A stretch of 64,000 bases of DNA from Candidatus Bathyarchaeota archaeon (GTDB lineage Archaea > Thermoproteota > Bathyarchaeia > Bathyarchaeales > Bathyarchaeaceae), in NCBI GenBank assembly GCA_963806645.1, contig CAWDYQ010000002.1:200050-264049 (forward strand), in the 5' to 3' direction. Below the pieces are notes generated by a model. The model did no database searches and was not told where the DNA came from. It saw nothing but the letters and a program-made list of their open reading frames with translations. Positions 37,101 through 45,813 of this stretch are shown piece by piece. The position numbers and the translations under genes were made by a program. Position 1 is the stretch's first letter. Each line of letters begins with the position of its first letter.

Positions 37101-37391
37101 TCTCCTTAATTAAGCTTCAAATTTACTTTTGAGAGCTAACAACGTAAACCAGCGCACCTATTAATAAATTTTGCCTAGAATAAAATCAACAATAAATCAT
37201 GTAAGTGTGTTGTGTATTTTCTTTTTCAATAAATAACGAACCTAATTTGCCCTATTTTATTTTGTGATTTCAAAGCATTAGACTTGTTTTTGCAGGAAAG
37301 TCGTTTTAGTAAGAAATTTAAATGATTGGTTGGATAGTCCATCCGCTATAAGAATCAACTTTAAGAAAGACAACGCCATTGTGATGAAAAA

Positions 37392-38483
37392 ATGCTGGAC
37401 ATAATATTAGCTAACGAAAAAAGAAGAGGAGAAGCCATTTTAAAGAAGTTAAACGGAAAAAACGCACTTTTCCTTTGCACAATTGGAGTCACTGAAACAG
37501 CAAAAATTAATGGGATATCAGCAGCTGGACAAAACCCTCAGATAACAGATTATACACCACCAGCAGACGTTGAACTTCTACAACTTGGAAAATGTAAATG
37601 TATATCTGGTGTACCCATCACACCCGATGGAATACCGACCCCCGCGCTCATAACAATGTCAGCACTTAAGCTTGCTGACACCCCAAGTCTTGTGGTTAGT
37701 GCTGGTTTAAAAATTAAGCCACAGGTTCCCTTTGTGGAGTTGGGGGGTAAACCAGGTAGAGACATAAGAAGTGGAAGAGCCCTAGAGAAGGCAGAAGAAG
37801 TAATTAACAATGCAAAGATTTTAGGAGAAAACCTTTCAAAAACAGCAGAGTATCTGGTTATCGGTGAAAGTATTCCAGGAGGAACTACAACTGCGTTGAG
37901 TGTACTTTTAGCCATGGGTATAGACGCAATGGGAAAAGTTAGCAGCAGCATGCCAAATAACCCACACAAACTTAAAATTAAAACAGCTCAAGAGGGAATC
38001 AAAGCCGCAGGCGCAAAAGTTGGCGATTTTGAAAACGATCCTTTAAAAGCTGTTTCCAGTGTTGGAGACCCAATTCAACCTGCACTCGCTGGATTAGTTC
38101 TCGGAGCAGCAGAAAAAGTTCCAGTTATTATGGCAGGAGGAACCCAGATGGCTGCTGTGTTAGCTGTTGTTAATGTATTAAATCCCCAAGTCTTAAAAAA
38201 TTTAGTTATTGGTACTACTCGTTGGATTATCAATGATAAAACCGCTGATCTCAAGGGGCTTGTTAATCAAATTGCAGATGTCCCAATAATCGCTGCAGAC
38301 TTGGACTTTAGCAAATCAGGTTTTGAGGGCTTAAAGGCTTATGAAAAAGGAATAGTTAAAGAGGGGGTGGGATGTGGAGGCGCATCAATTGCTGCCATGT
38401 TAAAGTCAAAAGGCACAATCACAAAAGATGTTTTGCTACGGGAAATCGAAAACAACTACAAACAGATAATAAAAACAACCTAG
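37392..38483 (+). CDS. cobT: Archaeal nicotinate-nucleotide:dimethylbenzimidazole phosphoribosyltransferase
   Basis: GISAAG, TPPADVE, PTPALIT, GESIPGGTTTA, AGGTQM and VKEGVGCGG motifs. Confidence 0.92.
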   Translation: MLDIILANEKRRGEAILKKLNGKNALFLCTIGVTETAKINGISAAGQNPQITDYTPPADVELLQLGKCKCISGVPITPDGIPTPALITMSALKLADTPSLVVSAGLKIKPQVPFVELGGKPGRDIRSGRALEKAEEVINNAKILGENLSKTAEYLVIGESIPGGTTTALSVLLAMGIDAMGKVSSSMPNNPHKLKIKTAQEGIKAAGAKVGDFENDPLKAVSSVGDPIQPALAGLVLGAAEKVPVIMAGGTQMAAVLAVVNVLNPQVLKNLVIGTTRWIINDKTADLKGLVNQIADVPIIAADLDFSKSGFEGLKAYEKGIVKEGVGCGGASIAAMLKSKGTITKDVLLREIENNYKQIIKTT

Positions 38484-38640
38484 AACCTTGATATTTACTG
38501 AAACAAAGTGCTCAATAATCTTGCATGCTATTCGGACATCGAGTGATTTGAGGTTGAACATGTGTTCCGTTGTGTTTAAGTACAATAGCTTCGTAAGGAA
38601 ATTTATTGTGTTTAAAGAATAATTTTGGAGGTGTGTTACG

Positions 38641-40338
38641 CTGGCTAAGCTTCTGGTCACCTCTGCGTGGCCTTACATCAACTATGTACCTCATCTAGGT
38701 AATATTGTAAGTTCCATTCTCTCAGCAGATATTGCAACCCGTTACTATCGACTTAAGGGAGATGATGTTGTTTATGTTACTGGCTCAGATGAGCATGGAA
38801 CACCAATCGAGATAGAAGCAGTTCGACTAAATATTCCTCCAAAACAGTTGACAGATAGGAACCATGCAAAGGTATCAGACCTCTTCAAAAGGTGGGGTAT
38901 AGCATTCAGTAACTATACACGTACAGAAAATCCTGTGCACATAGAGTTTGTGCGAGAGTTTTTGATGAAAATATACAATAACGGTTATATCTTCACGCAA
39001 GAAACTGAGCAGCTTTATTGTTCAAGTTGTGACAGATTTCTCCCTGACAGATTCGTGGAAGGAACTTGTCCCAACTGTGGAGACAAAGATGCGCGAGGAG
39101 ACCAATGTGATGCGTGCGGAAACCTTCTTGAACCCACAAATCTTCTAAAACCCCGATGTGCAATATGCAACGCCACACCAATTGTTGAGAAAAGAAAACA
39201 CTGGTATTTTGATTTAAGCAAGTTAAACGAAAAACTTCGTAACTACATAGAGAATAACAAAAATTTACCTGACAATGCTCGTAACTTTACTTTGAATATT
39301 CTGAAGGATGGATTAAAGCCTAGACCTGTTACACGGGATAACAAGTGGGGCATACCTTCTCCATTTCCAGGTTCTGAAGACAAGACAATTTATGTTTGGG
39401 TTGAAGCTGTTCTAGGGTACCTGTCAGCTACTATTGAATACTTCAAGAAGATAGGACAGGAAGATCGATGGAAGGAGTACTGGTTCGACAAGGAAACCAA
39501 GACGCTTTATTTCATTGGTAAGGATAACATTCCTTTCCACACAATTATTTTGCCAGCTTTACTTTTGGCTACAAATGAAGGCTATAACCTGCCTTGGACT
39601 GTTCATTCTACAGAATTTCTGATGTTTGACGGTAAAGCATTCTCCAAGAGTCGAAGGATAGGTGTCTGGATTGACGAGGCATTGGAATTGTTACCAGCAG
39701 ATTACTGGAGATATTCGCTTATGTCTATCCGCCCTGAAGTAAAGGACACGAACTTTTCGTGGACAACTCTGATCGAAAAAGTGAACTCGGACCTAAATGA
39801 CACACTGGGTAACTTTATTCACAGAACGTTAACCTTCATTAACAAACAATTTAATGGCACAGTACCGCAGCCAAACAACTTAAAAACAGAAGACATAGCG
39901 GCTCTGAACGAAGCTAAAGAAATTGTAAAAAAAACTGCAGAAGACCTAGAAACTTTCAAATTTCAAGGGGCTTTACGCCACGCAATAAGCCTAAGCCATC
40001 TAGGTAATAGATACTTCAACGAAAAAGAGCCATGGAAAACAATTAAAACCGACCGTCAGGAAGCAGCGAACACTCTTTATGTAGCAAGCCAGTTTGTCAA
40101 GCAGTTGGCTATAATCTTGGAGCCATTCATTCCTTTCACGTCAGAGAAGATTTGGAAGCTCCTTAATTTGGATGGTTCAGTTCATGAACAAAACTGGACT
40201 GAAACTGAAAAAGAGTTACCCCCAAACCATAGGATAAACAATGCAAGACCTTTGTTCAGCAAAATAGAGGATAATGAAGAGGAGCTACAAGCAAAGCTGG
40301 AGAAAGTGAGGGCTGAACTCCAAAAATCTAAATGCTAG
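38641..40338 (+). CDS. metG: Methionyl-tRNA synthetase (non-canonical start)
   Basis: Frame extends 69 codons upstream of the track start and includes TSAWPYINYVPHLGN (HIGH motif) and GSDEHG; zinc knuckles; KAFSKS. Confidence 0.95.
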   Translation: MAKLLVTSAWPYINYVPHLGNIVSSILSADIATRYYRLKGDDVVYVTGSDEHGTPIEIEAVRLNIPPKQLTDRNHAKVSDLFKRWGIAFSNYTRTENPVHIEFVREFLMKIYNNGYIFTQETEQLYCSSCDRFLPDRFVEGTCPNCGDKDARGDQCDACGNLLEPTNLLKPRCAICNATPIVEKRKHWYFDLSKLNEKLRNYIENNKNLPDNARNFTLNILKDGLKPRPVTRDNKWGIPSPFPGSEDKTIYVWVEAVLGYLSATIEYFKKIGQEDRWKEYWFDKETKTLYFIGKDNIPFHTIILPALLLATNEGYNLPWTVHSTEFLMFDGKAFSKSRRIGVWIDEALELLPADYWRYSLMSIRPEVKDTNFSWTTLIEKVNSDLNDTLGNFIHRTLTFINKQFNGTVPQPNNLKTEDIAALNEAKEIVKKTAEDLETFKFQGALRHAISLSHLGNRYFNEKEPWKTIKTDRQEAANTLYVASQFVKQLAIILEPFIPFTSEKIWKLLNLDGSVHEQNWTETEKELPPNHRINNARPLFSKIEDNEEELQAKLEKVRAELQKSKC

Positions 40339-40362
40339 AAAGGACGAGATGAAGGTAAGGAT

Positions 40363-41004
40363 TTGGTACTTAAAATCGATTTTCACGTTCATACATGCTA
40401 TTCCTGCGACTCTTCTATAACACTCAAGCAGGTTGTTTCTTTCGCAAAAAAACGGGGACTAGATGGAGTTTCGATTACGGACCACAACACAATTGATGGT
40501 GTCCTTAAACTGAAAACCCGCGACATATTAGTTGTCCCCGGAATCGAAATATCCACATTGCAAGGTCATCTTCTTGGCATCAACGTAACCACACATATAC
40601 CAGCAAAACACGGGATGGAAGAAACGATCAAGATGATCCATGAAGCAGGAGGAATAGCTGTAGCGCCACATCCGACGGCTTTTTATAAGTCACCACCTAG
40701 CCGACAAGTAAGTTCCTACGATGCTATAGAGGTGATTAATGCATCTTCTATTCCCTTCTCAGTTTTGACATACTTTAGCAAAAGATTTGCTGAAGGTTTG
40801 GGTCTTCCTCAGACGGGTGGAAGCGATTCCCATTACGCTCCTGAAATTGGGTCAGCCTACACGGTTGTTGATGCAGGTAATGATGTTGATGAAGTTGTAG
40901 ATGCTGTAAAACGTGGGGCTGCTTTTCCCACTGGAAACAGGGTACCTTGGAAAATTAGACTCGAAAGAGCCATGATAGGCTTAAAAAGAAAAAGTGATAA
41001 TTAG
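40363..41004 (+). CDS. PHP-domain metallophosphoesterase
   Basis: DFHVHT, ITDHN, GIEI, APHP and GGSDSH motifs. Confidence 0.9.
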   Translation: MVLKIDFHVHTCYSCDSSITLKQVVSFAKKRGLDGVSITDHNTIDGVLKLKTRDILVVPGIEISTLQGHLLGINVTTHIPAKHGMEETIKMIHEAGGIAVAPHPTAFYKSPPSRQVSSYDAIEVINASSIPFSVLTYFSKRFAEGLGLPQTGGSDSHYAPEIGSAYTVVDAGNDVDEVVDAVKRGAAFPTGNRVPWKIRLERAMIGLKRKSDN

Positions 41005-41010
41005 AGGAGA

Positions 41011-41190
41011 CTAATCTTCTGATTCTTCGAGCTGGTCTAAACCCAAGTCAACGTTGACTGTAACGTTTGATTCATTGCAGGTTTCGATGTTAATTAGGTC
41101 AAATTTGAGAGTAGGATGTATAATTTTAATTGCGTTGAGGTTCAAATCTGACTCTCTCTTTAGACGTTCGATTTTTAAGAGTTTTTCCAT
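41011..41190 (-). CDS. Small hypothetical protein, 59 aa, acidic C-terminus (below ORF-track cutoff)
   Basis: Hand translation MEKLLKIERLKRESDLNLNAIKIIHPTLKFDLINIETCNESNVTVNVDLGLDQLEESED; starts 4 nt after the RHH gene stop. Confidence 0.55.
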   Translation of the reverse strand: MEKLLKIERLKRESDLNLNAIKIIHPTLKFDLINIETCNESNVTVNVDLGLDQLEESED

Positions 41191-41194
41191 GGTT

Positions 41195-41350
41195 CTAACC
41201 GTTCCTGCCTTTCCCCCAGGCTTCTATACTAAGGAGGTCTCTAACCGCAGTACGTATAGCCTCGGCTCTGTTGGGGTAATATTTTTCGTCGACCAGATTA
41301 TCCAAAGCTAAAATATATGGCTCAGGTAAGTGTAGTGTAATCATCTTCAT
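41195..41350 (-). CDS. Ribbon-helix-helix (CopG/CdrS-like) regulator, 51 aa (below ORF-track cutoff)
   Basis: MKMITLHLPEPYILALDNLVDEKYYPNRAEAIRTAVRDLL: alternating beta strand plus YPNRAEAIR-A-RDLL RHH signature. Confidence 0.88.
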   Translation of the reverse strand: MKMITLHLPEPYILALDNLVDEKYYPNRAEAIRTAVRDLLSIEAWGKGRNG

Positions 41351-41607
41351 TTTTTCTCATTCCATTGGGACAATTAACTAAGCAGGAACTGTTTGATTCT
41401 TATATGTCTTAATGTTAAGATACAAATATGATACAAACATGAACAATTAATTCTTTATAAAACTTTCTCTAAATCTTGGTTGGGAAAATGCTCAATTGTG
41501 TAAAAAAAACCCGTTACAGAATCTTTATGTTTCCCTCGGATGATTAAAACCGTATTACAGAAAAAGAGCCTCCTTAAACAGTGGTTGTAATAATTGAGCG
41601 GAAACTG

Positions 41608-42900
41608 ATGAAGAAACGGTCAAGAGGTGTTTATGTTAAGAGTTTTGGTTGCTCAGCGAATCTTGCTGATGGAGAAGTTATCTCCGGATGCCTTTCAGGA
41701 GCAGGCTTTAACGTTGTAGATAACCCTCAAGATGCAGAAATCCTGCTTTATAATAGCTGCGCGGTTAAATCTCCTACAGAAAACCGAATCATAGACATCT
41801 TAAAGAAAGCACCTGGAGACAAGCAGTTAATAGTGACTGGTTGTCTACCTCTAATAAACTTTGAAAGATTGGAAAGTGAAGTAGATTTTGATGGAGTGAC
41901 AGGTCCAGCTCCGGGTTCCAAAATTATTGATGTACTACATCGTGTAGCGGCTGGAGAAAGAGTTGTTTCGTTGGGGACAGTTTCAGAGCCGAGTTTATGC
42001 CTCCCCAGGATTCCGGTAAACAAGATCGTGAGTGTTGTGCCTATCAATTATGGTTGCTTAGGGAACTGCTCCTATTGTTGTGTCCATTTTGCTAGGGGGC
42101 GATTGAGAAGCAGCCCAGTTGACAAGGTTGTTGAACGAATAAAACAAGATTTAGAGTCTGGTTATAAGGAGGTTTGGTTGACTTCACAGGATACGGCGTG
42201 TTACGGTAAAGACATGGGTACCAGTTTAGCAGATTTGTTGAAACGAATCTGTGAAGTTGATGGCAAATTTTTTGTTCGTGTAGGAATGATGAATCCAGAT
42301 CAAGTGATTGGAATATTAAGTGAACTTGTTGAAGCCTACAAGGATAATAAAATTTTCAAGTTTGTACATTTACCAGTTCAAAGTGGAGACGATTCAGTTC
42401 TTAAGATTATGAACAGGCAATATACTTTGGATGATTTTAAAGGAATTATTAAAGCGTTCAGACAAGAGTTTCCGAAGATAACTATTTCAACTGATGTTAT
42501 CTGTGGTTTTCCTGGAGAAAGCAAGGAGGCTTTTGAGAATACAAAAGAACTTTTAATTGAGATCCAGCCGGATGTTGTTAATGTGTCTAAGTTTTTTGCG
42601 AGACCTCGAACTCCTGCAGCGAAGTTAATACCAGTTTCGCCTAGAGAATTAAACAGAAGAAGCAGAGAAATGTCGGAATTATCCAAAAGAATTTCTTATA
42701 AAAAGAACAGGACATGGATGAACTGGGAGGGGACAGTGTTATTTGATGAGAAGGGAAAAGGTGAGACATTAATGGGGCGAAACTTCGCTTACAAACCTGT
42801 TGTGGTTAAGGCAAACGAGATATTGTTAGGAAAGTTTGTTCAAATTCGGGTAAATGATGGAGTCTCCACATATCTTGAAGCAGACATAATTAGAAGTTAG
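41608..42900 (+). CDS. tRNA t6A37 methylthiotransferase (MiaB-like, archaeal e-MtaB)
   Basis: UPF0004 FGCSAN/NSCAVK/GCLP, radical SAM CLGNCSYC, HLPVQSG, GFPGES and C-terminal TRAM-like domain. Confidence 0.9.
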   Translation: MKKRSRGVYVKSFGCSANLADGEVISGCLSGAGFNVVDNPQDAEILLYNSCAVKSPTENRIIDILKKAPGDKQLIVTGCLPLINFERLESEVDFDGVTGPAPGSKIIDVLHRVAAGERVVSLGTVSEPSLCLPRIPVNKIVSVVPINYGCLGNCSYCCVHFARGRLRSSPVDKVVERIKQDLESGYKEVWLTSQDTACYGKDMGTSLADLLKRICEVDGKFFVRVGMMNPDQVIGILSELVEAYKDNKIFKFVHLPVQSGDDSVLKIMNRQYTLDDFKGIIKAFRQEFPKITISTDVICGFPGESKEAFENTKELLIEIQPDVVNVSKFFARPRTPAAKLIPVSPRELNRRSREMSELSKRISYKKNRTWMNWEGTVLFDEKGKGETLMGRNFAYKPVVVKANEILLGKFVQIRVNDGVSTYLEADIIRS

Positions 42901-43181
42901 CCTCCACCTACTGGTGGAAGAATTGCGATAATGTCTCCTTCTTTAAGTGTTGTGTTAAATCCTTGTAGATTGTTGATGTTTTTGCCATTTACAAGAAAAG
43001 AAAGAAAATCCTGTATCTTTCCTTCTTGGTTGTAGATATATTCTCGGAATTTTTGCCCATATTTCTCAGAAAGCAGGGAAAGCAATTCCTCAACAGAGAT
43101 TATGTTTTTTAATTCTAAATTAACCATTTTGTTACCGGTTATCTCTCGAAGGGAAGTGAAGAACTTGATATTTATTTTCAT
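42897..43181 (-). CDS. MoaD/SAMP1-like ubiquitin-like protein
   Basis: FFTSLRE, LVNG and LKEGDIIAILPPVGGG C-terminus. Confidence 0.92.
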   Translation of the reverse strand: MKINIKFFTSLREITGNKMVNLELKNIISVEELLSLLSEKYGQKFREYIYNQEGKIQDFLSFLVNGKNINNLQGFNTTLKEGDIIAILPPVGGG

Positions 43182-43344
43182 CTATTCTCAGCCTGTGTAT
43201 TTTCCATTGTTCAATTTATTTTATTCTATACCGTAATTCCTAATATTGTTTATAATATAAGCTGGATCTAAGCGGATCGGTCGATTAAACTTAAATAGTG
43301 CCACAAATTCTCAGAATAGCTGTACCTCTTAAGTTTTTGACAGA

Positions 43345-43421
43345 GCCGCCGTAGCTCAGTTCGGTAGAGCAACGGGCTGTTAACTCGTGGGTCGAAGGTT
43401 CGAGTCCTTCCGGCGGCGCCA
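43345..43421 (+). tRNA. tRNA-Asn(GUU), encoded CCA, no intron
   Basis: GCCGCCG/CGGCGGC acceptor, ACGGG-CT-GTT-AA-CTCGT anticodon arm, GGTTCGAGTCC T arm and G discriminator. Confidence 0.96.
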
Positions 43422-43474
43422 ATCCGTTTCAGCTTAATTTTAATAAAAAGGAAAAAAGGTTTTTAATTAAATGA

Positions 43475-43621
43475 TTAACCTTTTTGTTCTTCAGAAATGG
43501 GTTCAGTTATTTTGCGGGGTCCCGCGTCTTTTGGCTTTCGGAGTTCTAAGAGGGAAGGTAATAAAAGAAGAAGTAAGAAGACCCCTAGGATCAAGATCAA
43601 AAAAATGATTTGATTGTGCAT
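43475..43621 (-). CDS. Small single-TM protein, 48 aa (below ORF-track cutoff)
   Basis: Hand translation MHNQIIFLILILGVFLLLLLPSLLELRKPKDAGPRKITEPISEEQKG. Confidence 0.65.
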   Translation of the reverse strand: MHNQIIFLILILGVFLLLLLLPSLLELRKPKDAGPRKITEPISEEQKG

Positions 43622-43778
43622 TGGAGTTAAATTTAAGGACAAGATAACTTTGTTTTATCCCCTATTTGGAAATATAAAACTTTCTAGACTATACCAAAAC
43701 CGCATTTTTTGGTTTTTTGTATTCAATATGACTGCGGTTTTCGCAATAATGTAAAATTAAGATCTAACTGAAGGAGTT

Positions 43779-44483
43779 TTAATTAATTTTTTTCCTAATC
43801 CGTTTTAGTGGCAAGGAAAGAGCTCGCTCATGATCATAGATTATTCTCGAAGTTAATACCCCAGCTTCTAGCATCTCTGAATCCACGCACACAATTTCGC
43901 TAACTTCACGAAGAGTGGTTTGTGAGAAATGTCCATAGGGAAAACCCCCTATAATCACAGCTATATTACGTTTTATCTGAAGGGAATAGATGGCTTCTTC
44001 AAGGGTTTTTGGTTTACCTTCTCTGCTGAATGCTAAGACATAATCGGCTTTTACAGCTTTAAGCAACTTTTTTAACGTTTTTTGCTCTAGTGTTAAGAGT
44101 GTCTCTCCTACAGATGGAACTTTTCCCTGTTTGAATAGCTGTTCTATTAGTCCGATGAACTGGTTATAATTTCGCGGAAGTCGAGTGATGGGATTAACAG
44201 TTATTACAAAGTTGTTGCATGTGTGAACATAAATTTGGAGTAATCCTTCCTTGTTTAGGGGGGAGCCTAGGGCTTGAAGGAGCATGATATGGGTTATGTC
44301 TGGGCGTCCTCGTTTCTGGCTGTTTTCAAGTTTTCTCATGGCGGAGTGATGCAGTGACCTATCAAGCAGAATTTGCTGTGGAGGTTTTCTCTGTTTCTTT
44401 GAATGACTACGCACTGAAGAGTGGTTCCACAAAGTCTGGGGAATGGTTTCAAGAGCAGCCTCAGCTAAGATTAGAGTAAGCAT
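43779..44483 (-). CDS. nep1: 16S rRNA pseudouridine N1-methyltransferase Nep1/Emg1
   Basis: LILAEAALE, LLDRSLH, RGRPDITH, RLPRNY and IGGFPYGHF SPOUT motifs. Confidence 0.93.
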   Translation of the reverse strand: MLTLILAEAALETIPQTLWNHSSVRSHSKKQRKPPQQILLDRSLHHSAMRKLENSQKRGRPDITHIMLLQALGSPLNKEGLLQIYVHTCNNFVITVNPITRLPRNYNQFIGLIEQLFKQGKVPSVGETLLTLEQKTLKKLLKAVKADYVLAFSREGKPKTLEEAIYSLQIKRNIAVIIGGFPYGHFSQTTLREVSEIVCVDSEMLEAGVLTSRIIYDHERALSLPLKRIRKKIN

Positions 44484-44535
44484 AAATTATCCCTTAAATA
44501 AGAATCAAATTATTTGTAACATTAAGTTAATATGT

Positions 44536-45561
44536 CTAAAGCTTATCTTTAACCCATCTTAGTAAAAGGTAAGGATAACCAACTAAGGATACTACATACA
44601 TACAGTTGATAGAACAAGTGTTACAAAAGTCCCATTTGCCGCACTCTTTTATTATACTCGTAGCCCCTTCTGAGTTTAAACCGTTTTTTATAGATTGACT
44701 TTTTTCGATTTTCATTAATGTAAAAAATGGACAAGGAAGAGCAATAGACGCATCAGGTTTCAGAGATATTGTTGTCGATGCGGAAGAACAGGTGATAAAC
44801 CGGTTAAAGCCACCTAAAGATTGGAATTTGAAGTAGTCCCTTTCAAAATGTATTTTTTTGTATTTTTTTTTCTCTAACACCAATTTTTGGAAAACTTTGC
44901 TGGTTTGATCAATCTTCAGTTCTCCAGCTTCTGAGATTTCTAGGAATTCTCTTGGTACACTGTCAACAGACGAGAAATGGATCGGAATTTCAAGTGATTT
45001 TGCAAACTCGATGGTATGATCTATAAATTTAAAGGTGTCCTTAGTTATAACAGAAAATAGGTTAACATCAACACCCATGCCTTTAATCAGTTTGATATTG
45101 CTCTTGACTTTATCGAATCCTCCAACTCCTCTGGTTTCATTGAACGTTTGCCGGTCATTAACATCAAAAGACACCCCTAGAAAATCGATATATTTCTCAA
45201 TTTCTTTAATTTTTTTGTCCAATAATAAACCGTTTGTGACTAAACCCGTGAATAAGCCAAGTTGTTTGTTGGAAAACTCCATTAGTTCTCCGAGGTCTTG
45301 CCTTAACAAAGGTTCTCCTCCCGTGAAACTTACAACTGAACATCCCAAATCCCAACATTCATAGAGTCTATGTTTAAGTTCATATGTGCTCGCTTCGTTT
45401 TGGAATATGTTTTTTTTCCAGACATTACAAAATGAACATTTCATGTTACATCGGTACGTGCATTCGAAATGGACAAATAGAGGATGAATTTGGGTTTCAT
45501 CCAGGAAAGTTCGCACTCTTGAACGTAAAAAACTTTTTACAAGGTTGATTTTGTTTGTCAC
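44536..45561 (-). CDS. Radical SAM protein with C-terminal Cys-rich (SPASM/twitch-like) region
   Basis: CNMKCSFC, FTGGEPLLR, VTNG and LPCP...CGKWDFCNTCSINC motifs. Confidence 0.88.
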   Translation of the reverse strand: MTNKINLVKSFLRSRVRTFLDETQIHPLFVHFECTYRCNMKCSFCNVWKKNIFQNEASTYELKHRLYECWDLGCSVVSFTGGEPLLRQDLGELMEFSNKQLGLFTGLVTNGLLLDKKIKEIEKYIDFLGVSFDVNDRQTFNETRGVGGFDKVKSNIKLIKGMGVDVNLFSVITKDTFKFIDHTIEFAKSLEIPIHFSSVDSVPREFLEISEAGELKIDQTSKVFQKLVLEKKKYKKIHFERDYFKFQSLGGFNRFITCSSASTTISLKPDASIALPCPFFTLMKIEKSQSIKNGLNSEGATSIIKECGKWDFCNTCSINCMYVVSLVGYPYLLLRWVKDKL

Positions 45562-45630
45562 AGAAAATATTCTGCCACATTAGTGCATATTTATTTTATG
45601 TACAAACATTCAAAAAATTTTTTCCGTATC

Positions 45631-45730
45631 TAGGCGCGCAAACGAGGTTTGCGTCATGGAAATCCTCCCCCAAATGCTCGGATGGGCTTATAGAGGATTC
45701 GGAGAAGGCAAATGGTTCTTCTTGAATCTA
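45631..45730 (+). ncRNA. Candidate three-hairpin structured RNA upstream of the TauE gene
   Basis: GCGCAAAC/GTTTGCGT, AATCCTC/GAGGATT (inner GCTC/GGGC) and GAGAAGG/TCTTCTT stems; G-U pairs favour the plus strand; T-tract follows. Confidence 0.45.
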
Positions 45731-45813
45731 ACTCTATTTTTTAGTGCACATTTTTGTTACTTCGGATAACAAGACATTTAAGTTGTCAAGCAGTTTTTCA
45801 GCGATTGATTGAA

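Noticed and set aside
37053-37107. GAGGAAACTCC preceded by a P3-like hairpin resembles the 5' part of RNase P RNA
   Set aside because: No downstream P4 partner or AACAGAA-type 3' conserved region and no room before rpoB; the motif is explained by a GGAG-GAAA-CTCC hairpin
41054-41311. Plus-strand 85-aa track ORF
   Set aside because: Antisense shadow of the RHH gene and its downstream ORF
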